Shown here: in pieces, positions 53,680-64,000 of the stretch
Position numbering within the stretch: the first letter of the stretch is position 1
How the letters are laid out: each line of letters opens with the position of its first letter
Source: Octopus sinensis
Taxonomy: Eukaryota
Length of the DNA stretch: 64,000 nucleotides
Reading direction: 5' to 3'
NCBI RefSeq assembly: GCF_006345805.1
Contig: NC_042997.1
Span: 5,890,001 to 5,954,000 of the forward strand
Position numbers and translations under genes: made by a program
The notes under the pieces: model-generated
Database searches by the model: none
What the model was told of the DNA's origin: nothing
The model's input: the letters and a program-made list of their open reading frames with translations, nothing else

Positions 53680-54494
53680 ATGATCTGATCAATAAGTTTC
53701 CAGACTGTTGCCACAGTAACGAAGTTAAAGCACGCAATGTGAAGCTGTTCGACACAGATTGACCTCAAATTCTGCTCACATCCGCTGTGTACAACAGTTC
53801 TTGGAAGGAAGTTGTGTAGCGTGCGAGTGATCATCGCATTGACCATGACAGAAAAATTTTAGCAGACAATCTACATCAAATTTTATAATAAGCTTGTCGA
53901 TACCTTCTCAGAGGCCTACGCAAAGTTTTAAAAAGATTTTCATTGTTCTAGACACAATCAGGACAATCTAATGTAACTGAAACAGGAACGCCTTTTTGGT
54001 AAGCTGAAAGCAGTTTTGGCACAAACTTGATAGACAATGGACTGTACTGAACAGTATCCAATCTGCACATCCTCTGATAACTCAAGGGTAGTGATTCAAT
54101 GATTTCCCCATTTGCCCTCACAGCTGGATGCACATATTTCTCTGTTACAGGCCTCTCAAAAACTTCGTCAAAGTCGAAACTTTTTCGGCTACCTGGCAAA
54201 CGTCTGAACCACTCATACACTTGTTTGCAGCTCATGCACTCTTCTCCATAAACTTTCTGCAGCTTTGCGTAGACCTCTGAGCAGGTATCGCCACGACAAA
54301 ATTTTCCTATTCAGTGCAACAATCACACCCTACACTGCTTCCTCCCAAGTACTGTTGTTAATGGTGCAAGAGAGTTAAAATTTATTGTGCGTACACAGCA
54401 GAGATGAAGGTGAATGCATGCCAAGCGGCTTGACACCGTAAGAGTTTGCTTCATTAGCATGGCAACATTCCGTATATGTATTGATTAGACCACG
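53680..54494. mobile_element. Two mariner 5' ends in inverted, inward-facing arrangement
   Basis: Plus copy 53680-53940 starts gatctgatcaataagtttccagactgttgccac. Minus copy 53940-54494 encodes MSCKQVYEWFRRLPGSRKS and ends in the TIR ttgattagaccacg. Same family as 22779-23400. Confidence 0.8.
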
Positions 54495-54612
54495 TGAAAA
54501 AAATAAAAAATGGAAAAGCTGTTACAAGTGGCACGGAATCATTTATAAGGTCAGCTTTTCCTTAAAAATCTCTTGAACTTCGTTTCTAATTATATTAAAT
54601 GCGATCATTTAT

Positions 54613-54643
<31 letters not shown>

Positions 54644-54991
54644 TATATTATATATATATATATATATTATATATAATATATATATATATATATAAATGAT
54701 CGCATTAATATAATTGAGAAACGAAGTTCAAGAGATTTTTAAGGAACGCGTGACCTTATAAAATGATTCCGTGCCACTTGTAACAGCTTTTCCATTTTTT
54801 ATTTTTTCCCGTGGTCCAGCATGGCGCAGTCAATGACTGAATCAAGTAAAAGAGTAAAGAGAGTATTATCTTCTTATATCTATATATATATATTATATAT
54901 ATATATATATATTATATATATATATATAAGAAGATAAATACTCTCTTTTACTCTTTTACTTGATTCAGTCATTTGACTGCGGCCATGCTGG
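54488..54991. repeat. Double fold-back: A-(TA)n-A' followed by B'-(TA)n-B
   Basis: 54488-54610 is inverted at 54693-54816 and 54817-54879 is inverted at 54925-54991. The arms differ mostly by single-base indels. Confidence 0.9.
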
Positions 54992-55373
54992 AGCACCGCC
55001 TTTAGTCGAGCAAATCGACCCCGGACTTATTCTTTGTAAGCCCAACCCCAGTACTTATTCTATCGGTCTCTTTTGTGCCAAACCTCTAAGTGACGGGACG
55101 TAAATACACCAGCATCGGGTGTCAAGCAATGCTAGGGGACAAACACAGACAGAAAATACACACACACACATATATATATATAATATATATATATAATATA
55201 TATATATACATATATACGACAGGCTTCTTTCAGTTTCCGTCTACCAAATCCACTCGCAAGGCATTGGTTGGCCCGGGGCTATAGCAGAAAACACTTGCCC
55301 AAGATGCCACGCAGTGGGACTGAACCCGGAACCATGTGGTTGGTTAGCAAGCTACTTACCACACAGCCACTCC
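54940..55373 (-). mobile_element. Near full-length tRNA-derived SINE (abundant Octopus-type family)
   Basis: Head ggagtggctgtgtggtaag...gggttcagtccca, central gagtggatttggtagacggaaactgaaagaagcc, tail with (AGTAAAAG) repeats. Confidence 0.9.
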
Positions 55374-56689
55374 AATAGTTCATAATATCTTTACAAATAT
55401 TTCACAGCTTCGTCTAATTTGTTGATACGTCTACATTCTTCCATCCTTCTTGTCCCCTATTCTTTTGACATATTCCATAAATGTGACTATTAAAAATATG
55501 TATGCTTGTATTCTTTCAAATGAAATTTCGGTGGTTTTTCACTTAGAATTTGAGTCGAATTTTGTGTCTTACTTATGGCTTCACATCAGATTTTGTACTT
55601 CGCTATGATATATTTCATCATTACCTACATCTGCAGTACTGTGTAGTCAACGAATTATTTGAAATAGTTGTAAAGATTTATCATGTACAATTCTTTTGCT
55701 TTAAAATTATATTTATATACCAGCAACATCTTTATAAAATAGTTGTCTTACATAACTGCTTGAACATCATTTGTCATTTTAGTATTATTCGCTAGATCGA
55801 TTGGTTTCTTAGTTAGCTCACAGACACCTGCCCTACGTCTTCCATGATTAAGACGCCAAATTTTACGAGTCGTGCTCGTTTCGTGCTCTGTTCCAACATG
55901 TCACTACTTATTGACATTATAGGCATCATCATCAGCATATAAGTAAATATCTATGAATATATTTATGGATGGATGCATGAATGTATGCAAGTGTGTATGT
56001 TTTTATGCATCTCTCTTTTTCTCTTTCTTTCTTTCTCTCTCTCTCTGTATATATGCCTTATCATTTCTATCAATATATACATACATACCACACACACACA
56101 CACAATGATAACCGCACATATATATATATATATAATATATATAATATATTATATATATATATATATAATCAGTGATTTGATTGCGGTCATACTGGGGCAC
56201 TGACTCGAAAAGAATGCGTTCCCATGCTGAGAATAGGATCCGGCGCGCCGGGGGCAAAACCGTATACGTATATGTGTGTACGTATATGTGTGTGTATGTA
56301 TGTGTGTGTGTGTGTTTGTACCTGCATATTCATGTTGCTTCACACTGCGTGAGTGTTTTTCCGGTACCACCTCTTAACAGCAAGTGTTGGTGTGTTTAGA
56401 TTCCTATAAAATAGGGGTTCGGCAATAAGTACCAGGCTTACAACACAAAAATACTGGGTTTGGTTCATTTGGTTACAAAATCTTCAAGGCAGTGATCCTC
56501 TATTACCGCAGTCTTAGGACTGAAACATGTAAGAGATAAAAGTTAAAATCTTTCCCACATGTTCTCATGTATATATGCATATTAGTGATTGCCTTGTTTT
56601 TGTTGAGGAGTTTCTAAGGGTGAGTGTAGGATTTATTGTAAATACTTTCGTTTATATAACCATAAGTCATAAACAAATACTTGCCTATG

Positions 56690-57400
56690 CTCATCCACAA
56701 TTTACGCATACTGTTTGTACTCATTGTTGAGATTATTTATTTGACTTGTTCGACATAAATGATTTTCGTGTATTTCTAATTCATCGAAACTTTTATAATT
56801 ATAATTATGTTTATAATATAATTTTTGTATAAATTTACCGACAATGGTTATTTTCACATACGGAACTATTTGCCAAGATTATTAATTATAAATTCATTAA
56901 TTAATTTTACCCTGATAGTGAACTGTAGTTTCTATGGGTTTACTAGTAACTCGCCTGGGTGTTTAGGAGAATATGCGAGCCTTAACTCGTCTGTATAGTT
57001 CGGAAGTACTGGTTGTTTGGATACTAATTGTGTTCGATGGCGCTTGGTAGATATCTTCATTGCTAGTGCTCTCGAATTTATAATTGAAATACTATACTGA
57101 TGAGGGAAATAAGGTATGTGTTATTTTACATAGCTTTAAACCAGAAAGGCGCATATAGTTAATCAAAGCCGGGTGGATTCGTTATGTTTTCTCTTTGCCT
57201 GTGTGAGTTGTGAGTATTGCTGTATGGAAGATATTTTATGGTCGTGTAATACCTGAAATAGATATTTATTAACAAGTCTAAGAGTTTTCGTACCATTTTC
57301 TTGCTGACATATCTTAAGAAGATTTTGGAAAATAATAGACTTTTCCATCATTACATAAAACAAAGTTTTGAAAAACAAAACTGAAACCTTTAGAATTTTT
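56690..57400 (-). mobile_element. Decayed Penelope-like ORF N-terminal/pre-RT fragment
   Basis: Reverse translation includes SIIFQNLLKICQQEN and PKHPGELLVNP, resembling the PLE N-terminus and the PG.LYG.PK motif. Confidence 0.4.
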
Positions 57401-58287
57401 AAAAGTGTTGAGTAAAAGATTAGTAAGATATTTGCAAAAATGTGTAACTTTGAGAATATTGTGCTGAATTCAAGCTACAATGCCATTAAAAGTGAGATTT
57501 TTAGGTTAAAAAATGTATTGCTTAAGACAACATTTTTGAATGAAATATTTTTACAGAAAATTATTTCAATAATGTTATAAAATTTTATCGAGTTATAAAA
57601 TCTAAAAAAGAAAAAAATGGTCTCATTTAGTGATTAAGCTTATTGTTCTGCTATGAATATTGTAATGTAAAGAATATTGCTATCTCTTTATCCTGATTCA
57701 CTTACGAAAACTTACAAGTGGTCATATTTAGTGATTAATCATATCGTTCAATTTTGCTTTCATAATCTAACGTGAAAATCTGAGTAACTTTTCAATCATT
57801 TATCCTACTAAGGAAAAAACATCACTACTAAGGAGAAAACATAACTTTAAAGTCTCAACACCTCCAGGTGTAATGAACACCTTTACCACATCTACTTTGA
57901 GAAAATTCACGACATTGTTTATAATGTATTTTTTATAAATAGGCACACACCCAGCCACATACTCATACGCATGCATAGGTGTATACATATATATGACATA
58001 AATTGGACATGAGCGATCATTGTATTCCTTTTTGTCTTGAGGTTCATAGCCAAACGGCAGGGTGGATTCGCGAGAAAAGTGGCACACATATGGAGAAGTG
58101 TGCATAGATTAGAATTCGGTTTGTATTTCTTTCCTAGACCCCATACTTAAAGAGAAAATTGCTTAAAACCTTTCTAATGTAATTCCTGTTTGTTCCGCAA
58201 TTAAAACAACCAGTTGTTCACACAGCCGGCATAGACAATTTAGGCATCACCAAGGGGAGTGCAGGATGGCAGTCATCCAAAACTTAC

Positions 58288-58335
58288 GCTAGGCTGTCTG
58301 TCTTCTTTCACCTCTTTGTGGGGTACGACTATCTT
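58288..58335 (-). CDS. Candidate 48-nt symmetric (phase 0-0) coding exon KIVVPHKEVKEDRQPS
   Basis: Pyrimidine-rich acceptor ttcctccgcttcacgccgacttcAG, donor AGC|GTAAGT, length divisible by 3, open frame continuing the upstream exon. Confidence 0.6.
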
Positions 58336-58756
58336 CTGAAGTCGGCGTGAAGCGGAGGAATTTATGTGTGTGGGTGTGTGTGATGGGTTGTGTGAGATAG
58401 ATTGTGTAGTGTGTATGTGAAGAGACAGCGAGAGCAATGGTGCTGGTGTGTGTTTGTTTGTGTGTGTGTGGATGATTGAGAGAGAGAGAGAGACAACCGA
58501 ACTTTTTTTATTTACTTTTTGTAGTGAGTGAATGTGTGAGTAACTGACAGAGAAAGAGAGAGAGAGAGATGTTACGTTTTCTGTTTTTGCTTGTTGTTTG
58601 CATGTATGGTTATGTAACGGTCTGCTATGCATATTAAGCAAAAACAAAACACATACCTTCTCTCTCTCTCCTTCTCTCTCTCCCACCATTACATACACAA
58701 CACACTATCTCGCAGAGCCCCTTAAACCCTATACATATATATATATATATATATAC

Positions 58757-58926
58757 ACTTGTATGTGAATATAATTTTCCGAAACTTTTCTTAGCAGCGA
58801 AGAAATTTTTCGCGACAAATTCTGTCATAATCAGAATCCACTTGTATGTGAATATAAAATTTCCGAAACTTTTCTTAGCAGCGAGGAAATTTTTTCGCGA
58901 CAAATTCTGTCATAATCGGAATCCAC
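58757..58926. repeat. Tandem duplication, unit of about 83 bp, two copies
   Basis: cacttgtatgtgaatata...ttagcagcga.gaaatttt...cgcgacaaattctgtcataatc.gaatc repeated head to tail. Confidence 0.9.
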
Positions 58927-59101
58927 TTTATCTGAAACGTATTTGTTGAAAATTTCATATAAAAATATCAATTCCTCTGGAAGATAGGATGGTGGTACCT
59001 GTGTTAGTATACTTTATTAACAATTAACATATAGTACGGTAACAGAATATAAACTGAAACTAAAAATTATTAAATTTATTTCTATTGTTTCTTAAACTTA
59101 C

Positions 59102-59154
59102 CGGGGAAGGGCTCCTGGCTCCTTTTACTGAAGGCGAAGGCATAAAAAAACGAA
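59102..59154 (-). CDS. Candidate coding exon truncated by the gap (RFFMPSPSVKGARSPSP)
   Basis: Strong donor CCG|GTAAGT at 59101 in phase 0, GC-rich open frame, in-frame ATG at 59143. Confidence 0.55.
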
Positions 59155-59254
59155 NNNNNNNNNNNNNNNNNNNNNNNNNNNNNNNNNNNNNNNNNNNNNN
59201 NNNNNNNNNNNNNNNNNNNNNNNNNNNNNNNNNNNNNNNNNNNNNNNNNNNNNN
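59155..59254. other. Assembly gap (100 N)
   Basis: Exactly 100 N, and the right side starts with GATC. Confidence 0.99.
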
Positions 59255-59505
59255 GATCTGTAGTCTTAAAATCTGGTTGTCAGAAGCCTAATTCCTCAAG
59301 ATCGGTATTTAGAGCGTGTGTTACATGTCCCATGGCTCCAATAATTACAGGTATATGCCTGAACATGTAATCTGGATAGAATAATTACAGATTTCTCAAT
59401 AGTTCATCGTAGGTATTCTCGTTTTCACTGATCTTCAGGTTTGTTAACATCCGCAGGGCAGCTAAATTCCACAGCTGTACAAAATTGCTCTTCTCTATCT
59501 CAAAT
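59255..59505 (-). mobile_element. RLE-type non-LTR retrotransposon fragment (same family as 18660-19200)
   Basis: Reverse strand gatagagaagagcaattttgtacagctgtggaatttagctgccctgcggatgttaac matches 18909-18965. Confidence 0.8.
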
Positions 59506-59924
59506 CATTATATCAATGGTCGAGCCGATGCTGTAAATTGAGAAGGAACGAATTGGTAGGACACAACCGGATGGAATGTGAGACACCTAGTAAACAATGA
59601 TATATATATACACACACATACAAACAAGCGCTCAACCACATACACACATACACGCAAGCGCACACACGCAAAAGCACATACATATACATAGAAATCCTCA
59701 CTGCAAAAACAAACACACACTCACGTAAACCGATACATGTATTCATGTGTTCCTTTGAATAAATCGTAAAATAGAACTGCACAAAATGAAAGTGTCAACA
59801 GCAGTAATACACATATATACATAATTATGTTTACATATCATTGTATTTCACACATTTTCAAAATATCCTCCATGTGCACATTCTCATGCAGAGACGTCTT
59901 GCACTCACTCAGGTACAATAAATA

Positions 59925-60115
59925 ACAACAACTGATGCACAACCACATTCGTGGGTGTGGCTGTGAGGTAAGAAGCTGACCTCCCACATTCACAAGTTTT
60001 TCGCGCCCAGTCTCCACTTCATGACACCTTAGATAAATGCCTTCTACTCTAGTCATAGGCTTACCAAAACCTTCTGAGTGGATTTGATAGACAGAAACGA
60101 AACGGAGTCTGTCGT
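59925..60115 (+). mobile_element. Decayed SINE 5' part (family of 54940-55373)
   Basis: gtgtggctgtgaggtaagaagct...gagtggatttgatagacagaaac. Confidence 0.7.
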
Positions 60116-60130
60116 GATTATATTTATATA

Positions 60131-60317
60131 TATACATAATTTACAAGATAAGGGCAGAAGAAAAATTCTAATGCCAGATACGCCGAAACAAAAAAATTGT
60201 CTATAACCATTAAATTTATGCGTCTCGAAACAAACCGATAGAGATCTTTAAAAAATTCGTTATAACCATATTGGCATTAGAATGTTTTCTTCTGCCTTAT
60301 CTTGTAAATTATGTATA
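60131..60317. mobile_element. Small inverted-repeat element (MITE-like), about 46-bp arms
   Basis: tatacataatttacaagataagggcagaagaaaaattctaatgcca (60131-60176) vs tggcattagaatgttttcttctgccttatcttgtaaattatgtata (60272-60317), with TA at both ends. Confidence 0.7.
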
Positions 60318-60428
60318 AATTTGACCTTTAAAGCATTTTTTGATATGCTTGCTGGCCATTGATAAAAAATTTTTGCGGAAAATAATATTATCCTATATCA
60401 ATTATTATATATATATATATATATATAA

Positions 60429-60498
<70 letters not shown>

Positions 60499-61109
60499 AT
60501 GTGTGTGTCTTTTGTGTCTGTATATATATATATATGCATATATATATATACACACACATGTATGCTCATGCTTTTACGTGTGAGTGCATTTGTGTTTGTG
60601 CCCTATCCATGCTTGACAACCGGTGTTGCCTTGTTTCCAATCCCTGTAACATAAATCTTCGGGAAAAGTGACAGACAAAACAAGTGTCAGACTTGAAAAT
60701 AAATAAGCACTGGGGTCGACCTTTTCAAGTAAACCTGCTAATGATATTACCCCAGCATGGACGCAGTCCAGTGAATGAGACAAGTAAAATATAAAAATCA
60801 TATACAGGCTAATTCTAACAGACCTTCTCCACTATTCGAGAACCGTAGAGAATTGCTAGATTTAGGTCAATATATGTCTTTCTTGTGTCATGAACTGTGA
60901 TTTGTAACTAATCCAAAACACCCCAAAAATTATTATTTGAGTCCCACATATTCTCAGTAAACACTGTCCTCCATCCTAGATATGCATTTTTTTTTGTTAT
61001 ATATACTTGATATTAAGTGATATATTGTAATTATAGTCCTGAAATAGATTATCAAAACGTAATGTATTCGTCCACAACATGATATGGATTGGTAATATTG
61101 ATTTCAACA

Positions 61110-61325
61110 AGAATTATAATATTGTTTTCAAATTTTGGCACAAGGCATGCAAGTTCGCCAGAGGTGGGTAAGTCGATAGAACGATACATGACCGTAACTG
61201 GTACCTATTTTATCTGCCCCGAAATGATGAAATGCAAAGCCAACCTTGACGGAATTTGAACTCAGAACGTAAAAACAGACGAAATGCCATTAAGCACTTT
61301 GCCCGGCATTCTAATGATTGTACTT
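61110..61325 (-). mobile_element. Nin/Deu-domain-like tRNA SINE
   Basis: ctggtacctattttatctgccccgaaatgatgaaatgcaaagcc...tttgaactcagaacgtaaaaacagacgaaatgcc. Confidence 0.75.
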
Positions 61326-61404
61326 TATGAGTGACGTTTGTGATGTAGTCATAAAAAATACATGTGTTGGTATTATGCAGGAAGTTTGTTAGGCACTAAT
61401 GAAA

Positions 61405-61598
61405 CAGTAAGAATAACAGAACCAACGAAATTATATTCTGATCTACTCTAGGCACACGGCCTGAATTTTTTGGGGAGGGATGCCAGTCGATTAGATCGAC
61501 CCTTGTACGCAACTTCGACCTCGGAAAGTAAAGTCGACGTCGGCGAAATTTGAGCTCAGAACGTAAAGACAGAGGAAATACAGCAAAGCATTTCGCCC
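61405..61598 (-). mobile_element. Nin/Deu-domain-like tRNA SINE, internally deleted
   Basis: ctctaggcacacggcctgaattttttggggaggg...aaagtcgacgtcggcgaaatttgagctcagaacgtaaagac. Confidence 0.75.
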
Positions 61599-61934
61599 TC
61601 ACGAAATTATATTGGATAGAAATATATCAGAGAGGAAACTAAATATTTTGGATGGCTAATAAATAAAAGCTATCATTGTTTATATAGGGTGTCAGTAGAA
61701 AAAAAATTTTCTAATGAGGGAAATAGGAAGAATTGGGTCAATGGACAATATCAATACTTGGAAAAAGTCAAAATACAATGAATGTTTAATTCCTGTGAAA
61801 GACAGACTAGAATGGTGATCAAATGTATGAAATATACTGCTGGTGGATGATATCTGAAAAAGATTACGACCGAATTTTTTTCTTACACCGCTACCGTCAC
61901 CGTCATCATCTTCGTCGGTATTATGCTGCTGCTG

Positions 61935-62022
<88 letters not shown>
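61935..62022. repeat. Palindromic (GAT)n-(CAT)n microsatellite
   Basis: Strand flips at the GATC at 61981-61984, giving a perfect inverted repeat with 40-bp arms. Confidence 0.95.
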
Positions 62023-62319
62023 GGTGACCATCATCATTCTTTTTCTTTTTTCTGATTATGCTAAGCAGGTGTCTTGTCTAATTAAGTACCAATTTAAGAT
62101 TTTCGAAATGTCCAACAAACATTCAGTTTCAAACAAATAATACGACCCCTGTCATTTGTAGTTTTTTTCAAAAAAAAAACAAGACAGTGTCATATACACT
62201 AGAAACAGTACAAACGTTAATGCATACACACGCACACACATACACACACACTCACACACACACACACACGTGCACGCACACAAACATGCACACAAACAAG
62301 TATACACGCACATGCTTAG

Positions 62320-62490
62320 CGGTATTTCGTCTGCTGCTACGTTCTCAGTTAAAATTCCGCCGAGGTCGACTTTGCCTTTCATCCTTTTGGGATCGATTAA
62401 ATAAGTACCAGTTAGGCACTGGGGTCGATATAATAGACTTAATCCGTTTCTCTGTCCTTGTATGTTATCTCTGTGTTTAGCCCCTTATGC
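62320..62490 (+). mobile_element. Nin/Deu-domain-like tRNA SINE
   Basis: gccgaggtcgactttgcctttcatccttttgggatcgattaaataagtacc resembles the DeuSINE/Nin central domain. Confidence 0.8.
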
Positions 62491-62600
62491 TTAGTAAAAA
62501 CAAAATATATACACACACATGCCCACAAATACATGCATACACGAATTAACACATACAAATAACGGATATTCCCTTTACGATCTTGTTAAAACGCGCAGTT

Positions 62601-62668
62601 GCCCAATCAAATGAATGAATCAAATCATTCAATTGGATTCGTAACGTAATACACAAGAGAGATCAGTT
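62601..62668 (+). promoter_or_regulatory. Candidate TATA-less promoter: two opposed CCAAT boxes and an initiator
   Basis: CCAAT at 62603-62607, ATTGG at 62632-62636, TCAGTT initiator at 62663-62668, upstream of the candidate first coding exon. Confidence 0.5.
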
Positions 62669-62943
62669 TAATAGATGGTGAAGTTCCTGGACAGTTGAAT
62701 TACAAGCACCATCCATCGGAGATTCTTCCACGCAGTTTTGCACATACACGCGCGTGCGCGAAAAGTCATGCGCAAAACTTACAAGCACACATACATATAT
62801 ACAGGCATATATATACACACACATACACATACACACACGAACGTGCGCGCGCGCATACACATATTTATATGATGAACCCTCCCTTTGAAGACGGTGTACG
62901 AGCGTTCACCTTTTCTCGAAGGATCTGAACAAATAAATTTTTT

Positions 62944-63001
62944 ATGGCGATAGTTGTCAAAGATGAACCGTTAAGCGAGGTTCCAATAAAAACCGAAACT
63001 G
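62944..63001 (+). CDS. Candidate first coding exon MAIVVKDEPLSEVPIKTET (nuclear/transcription-factor-like N-terminus)
   Basis: ATG at 62944, open to the donor CTG|GTAAGT (phase 1). Two psi-K-x-E SUMO consensus motifs (VKDE, IKTE) in 19 residues. Too short for the ORF track. Confidence 0.6.
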
Positions 63002-64000
63002 GTAAGTCTGTTCGATATATAGTTTCATGGTTAGACATATGTAGGGGGTACATATGCGATATTTTTCCTAATCAAAAAGAAATATAGAAACCGATCTACA
63101 AAAATTATGTCTTCATTTGTTTATCAACATTTTTCATTTAATACATAATCTTAAGCCGATTCTGAAATACATGACTTAAATGGAGTCTTAGAAGTTTATG
63201 CTTAATCTAAATTACTGAACTGGCGACATAAGCACGTTTCATATTTGGTTGATTTAAAAAGTAACCTACCGAATCTCGGTGAAATATAATTGTTGTTATA
63301 TCTCGACTTTAATTGTCTTTCAATGAACAATAGCTATAAAGCGATACAGATGTATATGGTATTATTGTAAATGATATTATTGTACATGGTATTATTGTAG
63401 AAACATATTATAGTAGAAACATGGACCGTATATTCTTCTTCTTCAATATATATCTTGTTCAAGCCCATACTTGTAGAAAGAATACATGTACAAAAAAGGG
63501 ATTCAAGTTCACTGATATCGGTTTATGATGTAGAGCTAAAAGCCAACTTAGCGAGTTCAAATCTAATTTCTACAATGCCTTGATGAGATTCAACGACAGC
63601 ATTGTTCTTTAGATTTAAAAAAAGTCGACATTATTCTTTCCCTCGAGTGATAATTATTATCGCATTTAAAAATTGGTTTTGACATTTTGGCATTAAGTTC
63701 TGAATAGGTATTTGCTAGTCATTCAGCAAAATGCTTCATTCCACGCTACTTCGGGCTTATGAACAGTAACATACTAGCAAGTAGGTATTGGTGTCCCTCT
63801 TTTCTTAATGCTACAACCTTGGGAGTCCGCCGCTTAAAATTGTAGGTGAAGTGAGCTGCCTATGGCTGCTTCACACTATATCAAGCGCCAAAATCAATCA
63901 GCTTTGCAGATTATGCTTTATCGAGCATTAATTGTTCGAGAGTGACGGCTGGTTGTATTGCTGAAGAGATGATAAATTCAGTATTAGTTTAGTAATGTTT

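Noticed and set aside
56238-56252. GC-rich palindrome CCGGCGCGCCGG as a Helitron 3' hairpin
   Set aside because: No CTRR terminus at the expected distance.
58545-62665. Bidirectional promoter pair
   Set aside because: The two putative starts are 4 kb apart and separated by the assembly gap, and the minus-strand unit is better explained as internal exons.

Overview
AT-rich eukaryotic (non-prokaryotic) genomic DNA, almost certainly a cephalopod (Octopus-type; inferred from the SINE families and the very dense (TA)n/(CA)n/(AAT)n microsatellites). Most of the window is intronic or intergenic and filled with decayed transposons: tRNA-derived SINEs, mariner and Tc1 remnants, R4/Dong-type and Tx1/L1-type LINE fragments, a probable Helitron fragment, MITEs and many Penelope-like element (PLE) remnants. 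Nearly all ORFs in the supplied track are microsatellite artefacts. The clearest element is a young, 5'-truncated PLE at 40597-44224 (minus strand). It has an uninterrupted RT-C-terminus/GIY-YIG frame of about 414 codons and about 290-bp inverted terminal copies (3 substitutions and one 4-bp indel by manual comparison), each carrying a type I hammerhead ribozyme. Other hammerhead-like variants are scattered through the window. Host-gene evidence is limited to short exons. These are (i) a minus-strand chain of in-frame, phase-0 exons (59102-59154+, 58288-58335, 46124-46171) ending in a PDZ-ligand-like C-terminus, (ii) a plus-strand first coding exon at 62944-63001 (MAIVVKDEPLSEVPIKTET) behind CCAAT boxes and an initiator motif, and (iii) a CCAAT/CRE/TATA promoter and possible first exon at 34-588. 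Fold-back (palindromic) structures centred on microsatellites recur and may be biology or long-read artefact. A 100-N gap at 59155-59254 breaks contiguity. No CRISPR, rRNA or true tRNA genes were found. All family assignments are from motif recognition by eye, not database searches.
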